A stretch of 64,000 nucleotides of DNA from Geosiphon pyriformis uo1 (lineage: Eukaryota > Fungi > Glomeromycota): assembly GCA_016748015.1 (NCBI GenBank), contig JAAOMT010000269.1:29592-93591 (forward strand), written 5' to 3'. How positions within the stretch are numbered: the first letter of the stretch is position 1; every line of letters begins with the position of its first letter. Both the position numbers and the translations under genes were made by a program. The notes below the pieces were generated by a model that ran no database searches, was not told the DNA's origin, and saw only the letters and a program-made list of their open reading frames with translations. Shown here piece by piece: positions 40,089 to 53,584 of this stretch.

Positions 40089-41409
40089 TTAACTGTTACA
40101 TCCTTGAGGAGACATTAAGAAGCCAAAATACGGTCCTATATGAGCAGTTGTCATTCTTTCTGGAAGTTGGCCTGGTGGTTTTTCAAATTGCAGATTACAA
40201 TCCTAAAAAGAGATAAAGTGATTTAGTGAGGGGTGGGGAATCAAAACCTTTTATAAATATCTCTAAATTTTTTGAAAAAATTGAAAATTTCATAAAACCT
40301 TATTTTCATATCCGAAAATGGGTTTTGCACATAAGTGAATTTCAGGTATTTCTTTATCGTCAGGAGCAAAGCAGTCGCAACCGTTATTGGTGGGGATCCA
40401 AATTTCAAATGGAAAATGTCTCAAATACTTATGTCCAAAAAACAAAGGAACATAATCATTCCCAATGGTGAAACGAAAACTTTTCATTGGATCTTGTAAT
40501 TCGTTAACAAAAAAATTATTTCCTATACGTGGAGCGCCATAGGTAACTAAATTCATTTGACGTTTAGGCCACTCTCTCTTGAAAATTAACGCTGCAAAAG
40601 TTGCCAATACTGTGAAAAATAAAAAATAAAAAGTTCAGTTACATTAAAAAAATTCAGAAAAATGAATTTCCTTTATAAAAATTCTCATTCACCTGCACCA
40701 TTTCCATGTCCAGTAAAGATGAAAACATGTTGACGATATGAGATATCGTTTGCGTATTGTTTTAATCGTTCAAAAATTTCATTACTCGCAAGATTCCAAT
40801 ATTTTCTATAAAATTCTTCCACTACTTGAGCCTCTTTCCAACCAGGAATTGGTTTTAGTTTTGGTTTTTGGGTCATGCTAACAAGTTCATCATATGTTAA
40901 TTCTGGAGTTTTGAATCTTGTCACTACTGTATCTCCCGACCAATTTTCTATGGTATCTTGATATGGAGAATAAATTTTTTCCGAAGCAGGACGTATCCAA
41001 GCTATTTTCAAAAAAAAAGAATTATATCGATTTCTGATTCAATAAAATATTGTTTTATGATTTTAATTTCGTGAAAATCAACAAAAATTCTTTTACCATA
41101 TATTTCAGGTGCAAGAATGATATCTGGATTATCCATACAATAAACTTGTTGCGCAAGTTTAGTCACTTTTAAGGAAAATGATAACATATTTGGAGAGGGG
41201 TTCGTCAATGTAGTTGAAAAAAATCCTCTACGGGAATGATTTCGTTGGAGATTTTGAGGAATGGAGAATGTCGAATTCAACGTATTATTCCTTTTAGACA
41301 AAGATTTTGAAACATTTAAATCATTTTTCACCGTGTAAAATGGGGAAAAACTTTTAACAGAAAAGATTGAACTCAAAAATATTACGCAGAAAAAATTTTG
41401 AATTTTCAT
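40089..41409 (-). CDS. Class-3 lipase-fold protein A, secreted, catalytic Ser absent (GHGNG); 1-nt frameshift in a T9 run near 41010
   Basis: N-terminal hydrophobic signal; FIFTGHGNGA|VLATFAAL, VTYGAPRIGN, GNDYVP, HFPFEIWI, HIGPYFG. GT-AG introns at 40692-40610 and 40298-40203; TAA at 40089. Confidence 0.8.
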
Positions 41410-43052
41410 AAAAAATTGTTTTTTTCAAGTAAAAATATAGCTTTAAATATTAAATTTGAAAATTTCAAGCTGTAATATTCCCAAACTTTTTTTTTTTCAG
41501 ATATTCATTTATAATGATAATCTTTTCAATATTAAAATCGACTTTTGTTTGTCAAAACTCAAAAAAAAATTAAAATTTTTTTATCAACAAATATTGAATT
41601 AGGTTTTAACATGATCAAAGCTTAAATTTGAAAACTATTTGGAATGTTTTAATTTTTTGAATATAAGATTTGAACTAATATTGATTTAATCAAAAGAATA
41701 TTTTTATTAGCTTGTTGAAATTTTTTTTGTCGAGATACCTACAGTACATTGGGATAACTTATAAAAAATGAGATTTTCCAGCCATCTAAGGGGAATGAGT
41801 ATTTTGTCAACCTTTTACTGGACTGAATAACTCTATTATAAAGTATATCCAGAGTGTTTATACGGGAATCTTTTACTTGATTTTCAAACAAAAATTGAAT
41901 TTACAATTACCACTTTAAATGTAATTTATGAACATAGTAAAATACAATTTAAAGAGCATAGGGTGTTATATAAAAGCAACGAAAACGCCAAATTGTTCAA
42001 ATTATTCAATGGTATGTTTTTTTTAGTCTCATTCTGGTTGATTTAATATTGTAACATAAAAGACTAATAAAATCTTCCATTTTTGAAGTGTAAAAAAAAA
42101 GGGAGCGAAATATCAAAAGGTAAAATTAACAATCTTGGGCCATATTATTGGCAATAACATAAAGTTTTCCGAAGATAATATTCAACAAAAGGTATTTATA
42201 TGAGCAGGGTGACGAGAGAAAATATAAACGACAAATTAGTAAACACCACAAACAATATACCAAGAATTTCTTGAATATGTATTCTTTCCCTTTTTTCACC
42301 AAATAAAATTGATATAATGTTATACACTTATAATATTGTTTATGAATTTTTAAAATTAACAAAATTATTAAAATAAATTTTTGTTCTTAATTAAGTATAA
42401 ATATTAAATTTTTAATTATATAACTTATTATTTAATAAATGACTCAAAACATAATCTTAATTTCTATCAAACTATTTAAATGATCAGATTGAAAAACCTT
42501 TTGTTTCTACTTAAATTGGAATTTACAAAAAATAAGATATCAAAAAATTTATATGATTTAATATCAAATTTAATTAAAAAGATTTGAAATTATTTATTTA
42601 TTATTAAGAAAATAATCAATAAATATATTGAGTATTAATTTTCTTAATCAAGAAATGTTTAAAAAATGAGTTGAAAATTATTAATTCAATGATTAATTTC
42701 TGGGAAAGGGTATGGATACCAAAGGGTGAGATATAGAGCTGAATTTGATAAGGATGGTTTGATATAGAACGATGACGTAGCAGTGAGTTCAATTGGGGGT
42801 TTGATAAATGGTCAGAATTTGCGAGATGGTTTTGGATCATTTGAATTTTAGTGGTTTAAGAGAATTGACGTAAATAATTTCTAGTGTTTCTTGCTCGATT
42901 TTGCAAATGCTTGATGGGTTTGCTTATGATACGATTTATTGTTTGGTTGGTTGGTTGGTTAATGTAATCTTGACTGGTCTGGGTGGCTGGTTATACATCG
43001 CAAGTGCATACGATGTAGGTCGTAGTTGGATCACACTTGTCAACATTTGATA

Positions 43053-43054
<2 letters not shown>

Positions 43055-43147
<93 letters not shown>
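43055..43147. repeat. (TAA)n microsatellite
   Basis: About 30 perfect TAA units; shorter ones at ~44032-44058 and ~44518-44563. Confidence 0.95.
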
Positions 43148-43331
43148 GTAATTAATTACAGATTTTAAAAAACAAATCATGTTTTTTTTTCAGAATTAAA
43201 TAAATTGAAAAAACTTTATAAGGAATTTTCGAATGGCAATAAAGTAATTAATAACATAATTAAAAATTTAATCTACATTCCACCACCTAATGATGAATAT
43301 ATCATTAAATATAAAGGTATAATTATTCAAT

Positions 43332-43436
43332 GAATGGATTCCATTGGAACATTCATTGAATATTAATCAAATTGCTAAAGGAGATTTCAGTATAATTTAT
43401 AAAGCAATTCTTATTAATAGATTAATTGATAAGTAA
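43332..43436 (+). pseudogene. Short relic of a tyrosine-kinase-like (TKL) kinase N-lobe
   Basis: EWIPLEHSLNINQIAKGDFSIIYKA resembles the EWIP...IAKGGF..IYKA start of Glomeromycotina TKL kinases; nothing follows it. Confidence 0.55.
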
Positions 43437-44516
43437 GAAATGGAACTCTAAAGCATTGCCGCGAACATTAACTATACATTTGCTAATTTTTTCAACTTCA
43501 TTAAAAATTTCAAGATCAACATAATAGATTTTATTTTATTGATATCAGAAATACAAGACATTATGACGATAGCAGTTTATCATATATTTAGTTTATAAAA
43601 ATACAACATGCAATGGAAATACAATTAGCTGCACACTTGTAGACGTGAGAACCGCCGAAAGCCGCCCGAAGCAAAGCCTTTGTTGCCATCTCCGCCGTTT
43701 TGTGGTAAAGCGCCAGATAAAGCAAAGAAACAGATTGATAGGATCAAAGTGAGTCCAATAAATTTTTTGAGAATGAGTGTCTTTTTTATTATAAAAGTTG
43801 CTTTCTTAAAATTTTTATGTTCAAACTCACTTGGGCTATTGAAATCTATTTGCATTTGTGTATGACCAAATTCTATTTTTTTTCCCAGCCTAACGTCGCA
43901 GATCAAAAAACTAATTAATATCAAATCCAAGCTTAGACATTGATTGTGTTTGTGTATGGCCAAATTTTATTGTTTTTCTCTCGTATTAAAAAAACCGTTG
44001 CAAGATCGGTAAAAGCATATCCTCCACCTACAATAATAATAATAATAATAATAATAATGATATATACTTAATAATCTCTAAGCGAAACTTTCAAATCATG
44101 TTCTGTTCTGATCCAAGACTTCAACGCTATTGAGAAAAAAAGGAAAAGTTTGTTTCAAGAAGTTTTTGTTGGTCTTTTAAAAAAAGAATGAGCAAGCCTT
44201 CTATAGGAGCCACTTACTAAGATTTGTAACATGTTCAAGTTTGTATAAAGGCATACAGCATATTAGTTTTTATGAATATATAATAATATTAGTATTTTAT
44301 ATCGAAATTAAATCTAAAGATTAAATTTTGTTTCAGATAGCCGAATTGCATTAGAAAACTTTTTATTGTGAAAACTTTTTATTAAACACGTTAGAGTCAG
44401 AAAATAGGCTTATAAAAAATAATTAAATTATTCTATATATTGGGAAAAACTGACAAAAAAAAAAGATAATCCTTTTTAAAAACTTTGATTTTCAATTTAA
44501 GTTGGCTATAATATAG

Positions 44517-44564
<48 letters not shown>

Positions 44565-45118
44565 TTATGAATTTTTACCAATTCTATTTAAATTTATTAA
44601 AAATAAAAACTTTTATTAAAATTATGTTAGTAATTTAAAATTAAAAATTTTTATTGTTTTGATTATTTTTTGTATAAAGTTTTAATAAATTAATAAATTT
44701 AATTTGATTAAGAATATTTTCAACAATATATATATATATATATATATATTATATAAAGTATTTATTTTTAACTCAAAAAAGTTTTCAAATTTTAGCATAT
44801 TTTGACAAAAAAACAACTTTAAATTTTAGGGAAAAGAATTTTTTATCCATCAATTTTTTTTATTTCAAAACAATTATTTGTAGCTGTATTAAAATTTTAT
44901 TTTAATATATATATATGAATAAAAACTAAAAATGAAAATTATCATTAATTAAAATATTTTACATGATTCTTTTTACTATTTTAAAGAATAGAATAAGAAA
45001 TATTTGAATTTTAATAGTTTAAAAAGTTATAATTATCTTTATTGTCTTTATAAAATTTTAAATTGCGAAACTTAAAAAAAAATTTAAAATCCAAATCTAT
45101 CACTCAAAAAAAAAAAGC

Positions 45119-46120
45119 TTAATTTGATTTTTGACAATTTTGAAACATGGTATGACCAAAATATGGTCCTAAATGTTGATTATCAGAATGTGATTCTTTA
45201 TAATAACTTATAGCATCTAACCATTTAGTTGCTGGATATATACCTGTATGAAAATGATTTCTTGCATTACAATCCTTTTGGAAATTTTTTTTTAAAAAAC
45301 AAAGATCAATAAATAAATAAAATAAAAATAAAATAAAAAAACTTTTTTCGAAATCAAGAATTCAAAGAAAATACCTCGTTTTCATTTAACGTTGCTGTAT
45401 GATAACATAAATAAATTTTTGGAATCGGACAATCACATGAAGGTTCTATCCAAAATTCTTGTCGAAGATGTTTATATGAAATTTGGAATGGCATTGCTTT
45501 ACCTAAAAGTTTTTGTGTTTCACGATCAGAACCTTCGATTGGAAAGTTAGGCATCCAATCGTCACCATAAGTTACCCTCCAAGGTTTATCCAACATGTAC
45601 TCAGTGTAATATACAAATTGATCATTTCCAATTCGTGGCTGCCCGAAAGTAATAAGAGTTAATGATGCATCCAAATACTTTCTTTTATATTCTAGTGAAG
45701 CAAAAGTGGCAAAAACTAATAATTCAAGAAAAATTATAATACATATTTATATATATATAGTTATATTAATATATATATTTTTTTTCGAATAAAAAAAAAA
45801 AAAGAAAAAAGAAATTTAGTTTACCTGCTCCAATACCGAAACCTGTAAATATATATTTATTCGACTTTTTTGGTTTATTAGATTCTGACAATTTTTCCCA
45901 AAATTGGGTCGCAAATTTTTGCCAACGACGATAAAATAGTTTAGAAACAAATCCCAGTTCTACATATGGGTAAGGGATAACATCCCAATAATCTTGTTTT
46001 AAATTGACTGTCATATAATTAAATTCATAGTCAAAAGCACCAAAGGCAATTGTAGTATCCGAGATTATTACTGTTTTAAAATTTTAAAATTATTATTAAA
46101 TTCTCTTTAAATTTTTCTTT

Positions 46121-46167
<47 letters not shown>

Positions 46168-46664
46168 AAAAATTCAAATCAAAAGAGAAATAATTATTAA
46201 CCCCAAACTTTAGCGTTCCCAGAACCATATAAATCGTAAAATTTATTGGTTTCAAATATTTGTTGACAAGATGCTTCCCATGCAGAAAATGCAGTTGATG
46301 ATAATATCGATAAAGTTGGTTTTTTAGTAACAACCTCTTTCACAAATTTTACTCCTGAATTATCAATTTTACTTGCAGTTAAATTTTTTTCAAAACCAAT
46401 GACTGATATGGTAATAATAGGATATCGTTTTTTAAAAGATTTTTTTATAGAATATTTATCAGGAAAAATTTTTGTTGACCAGTTGAAACTATTTTTTTTC
46501 TTTAATTGAATACCAATTTTTGAATTTTTTATTTGAAAATGAAAAATGACGAGAAAATATATGAGAAAATGTATGAATAAATAGAATGAGGTCAGATTTG
46601 ACCAAAAAATATTGAATAATCGAACCATTTTTCTAATTTTTAAATGAAGGGGATTGAATTGCAT
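45119..46664 (-). CDS. Class-3 lipase-fold protein B, catalytic Ser absent (GFGIG)
   Basis: Hydrophobic N-terminus; YIFTGFGIGA, ITFGQPRIGN, RVTYGDDWMP, HLRQEFWI. Last exon 45274-45119 reads DCNARNH...HLGPYFG. Three GT-AG introns. Start is 46664 or 46628. Confidence 0.85.
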
Positions 46665-47166
46665 GGAGTTTATACAAAAATAAAAACTTTTTCATGATAC
46701 CTTGAGATTGAAAAAATACTTTTAATACTTTATAAAAGATAAGAAGTGTGTATCATTTCTTATCATATTTTAATCTGAAAGGTTTTTTTTATTTGACCCG
46801 ATAAGAAAAATAAACATTTTCATTTTGTAAATACTTTTAATCCATATGCAAATATTTAGAAAAGTTTCGAAAGAAAGAAAGAAAGAAAGAAAGAAGGAAG
46901 ATTTTTAGATAGCATAAAGTTTTTTTTGTTCAGAAAAATCGTGTAACTGGTATATATTCAGTAAAAAACTTTTTTAATCACTTATTTATATTTAGATAAA
47001 CTTTTAATTATATATTCTTTAAAACTTTACGAATAAAATTTTGTCCATATTTTAAGTAAAAAACTTGATGAAAATTTTCACGAATTATTAATATTTTATT
47101 TTAGATCTCCCAAAAACCTGGAACATTTTAAATATAATCCAAGTTAAAGAATATTTTAAAATATTA

Positions 47167-47656
47167 TTACGTTTCTGAACTCTCACAATTCTTCATGTTC
47201 TTCCCAAAATATGGACCATAATGAAAGTGATCATACTCTTGAAGCCGAAGAAGTCCCTCTGTAAGTTCATGTATGTGTTTACGGGCATTACATTCCTAAA
47301 AGTGTTAAAAAAAATTAAATAGTAAATGTATAAATGATATTTAAAAATATTCCCCGATTTCAAAATTTATACCGGATGTTCATCATATGAAACAGTGTTA
47401 AGACATTTATAAACAATCGGGTAGGAATTTTCGGAACATTCACAATTTTCTTCTTTAATCCAGAATTCAGGTTTAAAATGTTTAAATTCTTCATATAGTC
47501 GAGGGAATGAATGCACCGGTCTTTCGATATCTTCATTCCATCTCAAAAACGTTCTTAATGCTTGCCTCGGTAAGTTTGGTAGCCAATCGTCTTGAAATGT
47601 AACCCGAAAAATCTTGAATTTAATTTCAAATGAGAATTTTAACAAAACTTTCTTTG

Positions 47657-47689
<33 letters not shown>

Positions 47690-48736
47690 TTTGAAAAATT
47701 TTACCCGAAGTTTCGTTTGAGCAAAAGCAGTAAAGATTTCATTTCCCATTCTTGGCTGGCCAAAAGTAACTACAATTGGATTAGTCCTTGGCTGATATTT
47801 CTCTGAAAATTCAAGCGCAGCAAAGACAGCGTATGCTAATTTGATTAAAATAATTTTTTAAGTATCAAATTACCTTATTTATTTAACTTTAATTTTAATT
47901 TGCATTTTAATTCTTGATCAATAAAAACTTACGACCACTTTCTCCAAATCCGGTGAATTCAAAATCAGTATAATCAGGTTTCTTTTGGGAACTTTTTAAA
48001 ATTTTTTCAAGGGATTTGAAAAAAAGTTTTCTGAATCTTTTTATCCATTTCTCGTAATAGCCAAGCGTAATCCAAGCACCATTTACATCGGGAAATTGTA
48101 TAACTTTAAACCTTTTCGACTTTTGTCCTGCCCACTTTTCAAAATTTCTGACATTTATATCAGCGAAACTAAATGTAAATTTTGAGTCATCATGTGACAA
48201 AGGGAGAAAATACACCTCTAAAAATCATTAGAACTTGAAATTATATCACTTGAAAATTTCATTTCATTTCATTTTAATTACTTACTTTTTTTTTGTAAAA
48301 GTTTTTCGGCTAAATAGCACTGTGCTTTCCATGCCAATTCCGCTTTTTTAGAAAGCATTTTTAAAAGTTCATTATTTTTTACTTGACTTTTAACAAAAAA
48401 AGAATGCCCAGTATATCTTTCTTCTAATTTATTTTTTTCTTTGATGCTATCTGTTTTGAAAAATTCCAAATCTTGCCTCTTAATTTTTGGAAATAGCAAA
48501 GTTTGTTGAAAATTTATAGGATGATCAAGTATTGTGTGATTTCTTATTAAAGAAATTTGTATAAATTTCGAACCTGATCCCAATAAGGGTCGACGAGATA
48601 AAAAGAAGGGTAAAATAAATAAAAGAATCAGAAATATTAATTCCATGAGGATCATATGTTTGAAAGAATTTCTAAAATTCAAAGGCCATCTGATAATTCT
48701 ATTGAAAGAAATCTTTTTTTTTTTTTTTTTAAACAT
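47167..48736 (-). CDS. Class-3 lipase-fold protein C, catalytic Ser absent (GFGES)
   Basis: N-terminal hydrophobic helix; FEFTGFGESG|PYAVFAAL, VTFGQPRMGN, RVTFQDDWLP, HFKPEFWI. Last exon 47295-47167 reads ECNARKH...HYGPYFG. One extra intron at ~47620-47704. Confidence 0.82.
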
Positions 48737-49466
48737 AAATTTTTTCGAATCTAAAGAATCAGGAGAGCTTTCTAATTATTTTATTATTAGAAATTATTAA
48801 AATTTCAAATATTTTCATTAATCTTTTAGTTTTGAAAAATTTTCCAAATCAAAAACATAATAAAAGTTTCAAAACTAACATCACATCGTGGGATGACCAA
48901 ATGTTTGGACATTGATTAAATTCTTTTTATATTTAAAGAAAAATTTTCGGAATTCTTTATTTAAAAAATATGATAATTATTTATCATTAGATAAAATTCT
49001 TCCATGTTTATTCCTTATCTGGAAAAGATTCCTATTTTTTGATCTTGTAATCAAAGTTGACCTATGATAGGTGAAACAATCGGTAAGAAAACTTTCAAGG
49101 CTTTACATTTATAAAGTAAAAATTTACTTTTTTCGATCACTGTAAATTATTATCATTTCTTGGCAAATTTAGAATATGTCCAAGTTTTTATAATGAGAAA
49201 ACTAAAAAGTTATTTTTCCTCCGAAATTTGTGGTGTAAACAAATAAAATTCAATTACGTATACATACAGTATGATATGATGCACAAGAAATTTTGTAAAG
49301 TATTTATTACCAAACCTTTATTGTTAATACTTGTATAACTTTCTAGTTTATGATTAGAATTAACAATTGGCATCATTAATTTTTTTGGTTTTCTCTGATG
49401 AAAATATATATTTATAACTTTGAGGTGTTAAATTCAAGTAATCAAATCAAAAGGTCACTGTTTTAA

Positions 49467-49565
49467 NNNNNNNNNNNNNNNNNNNNNNNNNNNNNNNNNN
49501 NNNNNNNNNNNNNNNNNNNNNNNNNNNNNNNNNNNNNNNNNNNNNNNNNNNNNNNNNNNNNNNNN
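49467..49565. other. Assembly gap (N run) flanked by poly-A and (GCAGAAA)n
   Basis: About 100 N; poly-A at 49566-49600, then a heptamer repeat to ~49660. Confidence 0.98.
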
Positions 49566-49601
<36 letters not shown>

Positions 49602-49689
49602 CAGAAAGCAGAAAGCAGAAAGCAGAAAGCAGAAAGCAGAAAGCAGAAAGCACAAAGCACAAAGAACAAAGAACATTGAAAATAATTAC

Positions 49690-50913
49690 CTCATTCTCAT
49701 CTAAAGTCACCGTGTGATAACATAAATAAATTTTTGGGTTTGCACAATCGCATGAAGGTTCTATCCAGAATTCTTTTCTAAAGTGTCTATATAGAATATT
49801 AGGAGATCTATAGGCTTTATTACTAAGCCTCTTTTTTTCACGATCAAAACCTTCAATTGGAAAATTAGGGATCGAGTCGTCACCATAAGTTACTCTCCAA
49901 GGTTTCACCATGAGTTCGATATAATAGACGAATTGATTATTTCCAATTCTCGGTTGTCCGAATGTAATAAGAGTTATTGATGCTTTCATATATTCCCTTT
50001 TATATTCAAGTGCAGCAAATACCGCTAAAACTAAGAATGCAAAAAAATTGTAAATTTTAAAATTTTCTTTCCACAATAGTTTTTCAATAAATATAAATTT
50101 TTATTTACCAGCTCCAATTCCAAAACCTGTAAATGTATATTGATTCAATTGATCTGTTAAATTATTTTTCTCTTCAAAAATTCTCAATTTCTCCCAGAAC
50201 CGAGTTTTACAGGTTTCCCAACGTTGATAAAAAACTTCGGTCACCAAACCATATTCTACATGAGGGTAAGAAATGGTATCCCATCTGCGATTGCTTGGAA
50301 CTAATGTGAAATAATCAAAATCATACTCTGGAGTACTAAAAGCAATCGTTTTTTCTGAAAATATTGCTATTTCAAAAAAAAAAATTGATTTTTTAAATAA
50401 AATTAAATGGTGAGTTTTTTTTTTAAGAATTAATAATGAACTTCAATAAAGGATTATTATTATTATTTACTAACCCCAAACTTTTTTTTGTCTTTTACCC
50501 ACCAAATAGTTTTTTCTGTTATTTAAAACTTGTTGACAAGATACCATCCATGAAAATTTTGCCGCAGAATCCAATACCTGCAAAATATCTATATCTTCAA
50601 CTGTTTTTTTAACAAACGTTACACCTACGCTATCTCCTTTTATCGCAACTAACTGATTATAAAGGTCAGCGGCTGGTCTATTAAGAGAAATTTGGGGATT
50701 TCTTTTTTGATTTGATTCATTAACAAATTGATTTTGTTTGAAAGAAGATAATAGTTGAGTTTTATTGTAAGTTTGTTCTTTTACCAAATACTCATGGATT
50801 TTAATAGGTATATTTATTGATTGGGAACGAAGAACAGGTATTAAATTCAAGAAGAAAAAGAACGAAATTATAAAGAACACATTTGGCAAAATAATTTGAA
50901 AAAAGTAACCCAT
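49690..50913 (-). CDS. Class-3 lipase-fold protein D, catalytic Ser absent (GFGIG); last exon probably in the gap
   Basis: Signal-like N-terminus; YTFTGFGIGA, ITFGQPRIGN, RVTYGDDSIP, HFRKEFWIEPSCDC. Close paralogue of B with the same intron positions. Confidence 0.8.
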
Positions 50914-53584
50914 TTTAAAATTAAAATATGATTTGAAAAAGAAAACCTTGTAAAATTATTCAAATTCGACCTCAGTCATGTGAATTGTAAATCATTTACC
51001 GAAAGCATGATGTTTTGATATATTGGGGGGAAATGTTTGGAAAATGAACACGAAAAAATAAATTTTATCCGACCAATTTGAAAATATTATGGTCATTAAG
51101 CCATGATAAAGCTGAAACTTTTAAAATAAGCTAATTTGATTTGAAAAGATTTAGAAATCAAAGTTATCTTTGAATTTGGGGTTTCAGACTTTGAAATAAA
51201 TACAGTCTCTACCAAAAAGCCACCAATTTCTAATTTGATATCTGGTAATTGTGCAGATCAATTTGAAAATGTTTTAATCTGCAGTTTTACATTATGAACT
51301 GATAATTTTCTTATAATTTTTTTGGTTAATTTTTCATGAATAAATTGTAAGAAACTTCTTTTTTCCACAATATTGACATTATCCAAGTATTAATTTTTTT
51401 TCTTTTACCAAAAGACTCGTACTTTTGTTCTGAAAAATAATTTCAAAACATTATTATAATTAAATTTTAGAACAATATTTTCATTAATATATCCTCCTTT
51501 TTTCATTTTCCCAAAAAAATTTGAAATACATATTTTCATTCGCAAATGAAACTTAATAGGTTATAACTCCAAATGATATAAATACAATTTTCAAAATTCT
51601 ATCATGAATATTCTACTTTTTTTTAAAAAATATATATATATATTTAATTTAAATTTCTGTTATCATATATATAATTTTATTTTGGTTTTTTTAAAATAAA
51701 ATATTATTTATTTTAAACATATTTTTTATGAATATTTTAACCGTTTAAATATATTATTTAAAAATTATAATTTTATATATATTTTTATAATAATTTATTT
51801 ATTTTTTTAAATATATCAAATTTATTAATGTATATAATTTTTAAAATATTATTTTATAATTTGAGATTATTTTAAATATATAAATTTTCAAAATATAAAA
51901 TATAAAATATAATTTTATTTTATTTGGAGCAAACTGCAACAAAACCAAACAAAATAAACATTTTATTTTGTGACTAATTGAAAGGCTGATGTGGTTGATT
52001 GTCACAGCTGTAACCTATAAACAAATTTATGTAAATCACAGTTTTAAATTAATATCATGGCAGAATAGGATTATGTCTATATAAAAATAATATATATGAA
52101 ACTAATTTACATTAAATCCACCATAGAACCAAAGAATTATAGCATTATTAAAAGTATTTTAAAGGAAAAAAAATTGCATCATATGTTTTTAAAATTAATA
52201 ATATCCAAACTCTCCAAAAATATCTAGATAAAGAAAAAATTACCTATGAAATTTACCAAAAAGAACGAAAAATAATAAACAATAAACAATAAACAAACAC
52301 TACTACCAATTTATGTTGAACCAAGGAAAAAATGAAAAATAGAAGAAATTTAAAAACAAATAGCTGTTTTCTTGGACAAATTTCTATGATTTTTTATATA
52401 CTGCTCAAGTAAAAATGACAATAAATGCAATAATTTTGGTTCGCTGTACCCCAAGTGCTACAAATCTGACACAATTCATGACCAGCAAAATCTGTATCAT
52501 TTTAGAAACAATAGGTAAGTATTAAAGGTAATTAAAAGGAAACACCAGAATAAATCATTAGGAGAGTAGCCATTTGATCCATGGTTATGATGTATGTTTA
52601 CTAAATGCTCATGATCCTGATCAATGTTTGATAAACCAAAAAATTAATTATAAATTAGATCATTCGCACATATTTTCATTCAAAAAAACAAATTACAATT
52701 GATCAAATTGCAACCGTGTTGCTGAAAGCATAATTTATTCTATTAAATCAAATAATGTTCATTATTAAAATTTTCTGTGAATTGCTCTTCTTGATCACGC
52801 TTACTGCTGGTATTTTATTCTACAATAAAATTCACAATCAATTCCATGTTCTATCTCAAAAGCTTGTCCAAGCAGGTCTCAGACTTAAAAAAGTGCCCAT
52901 AAAACTCCACAAATTGCATAAAAAAAAAGGTGTCGTTGCCTTTATTCTAATAGGCCTTCAACAAAAAAGTCAATTCGTGATCAAAGTGCTTAAAAATTGG
53001 ATAGATAAAGAAAATGAAAAGTGAAGCTGAGTATTTTATTAATATTACCAATGATATGTAGCATAGATTTCATTAGAGCGACCAAAATATAGGGATACAA
53101 GTATTTCCTCTTATGCAATTGCTTTAGTGAATCTTTAAATGTGATATACTTTGTTTTTAAAAAAATAATGAAGTCAATATTGACAAAATATGTGTATCAA
53201 TTATTCTGATTATTTCACCTCATTTCCAAATACACAATACTATGAAACATCATCAGGAGTACAGTGGCAAGAATCAGACAATCTGATTTAATGCATGTTC
53301 ATTGTTCAGAAGATATAAGTAAGTGATCCATTTCATTATCTTATTTGTTGACAGCATTTATAACACACAAGTAACTATTCTAATCCAAAGTTTTGTAATT
53401 CCCCACTGCAGAAATTTGTAGTTCAACTACTTTGTTACACTAGAAGAAACAAAAAAAAAACAGTGGACCACATAAACTTTATTCCTAATTAATATCACCT
53501 CTTGTTTTGAATAGCTGTATGTCCAGTGGGTCAAGTTGGCTTCCTACCTTGAGTAACAAAAATCATCTTCAAAAAGTCCACTCA

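Noticed and set aside
42616-42960. GC-richer patch with a 74-aa minus-strand ORF
   Set aside because: No recognisable domain; probably a fragment of another repeat.
49447-49690. Hydrophobic 'LLSAFCF' repeat tail on lipase D and neighbouring ORFs
   Set aside because: Translation of an intronic heptamer repeat, poly-T and Ns.
52560-52720. SSHLIH...H...N..(R)..C pattern reminiscent of a His-Cys box endonuclease
   Set aside because: Spacing does not match well and the upstream frame is closed; insufficient support.
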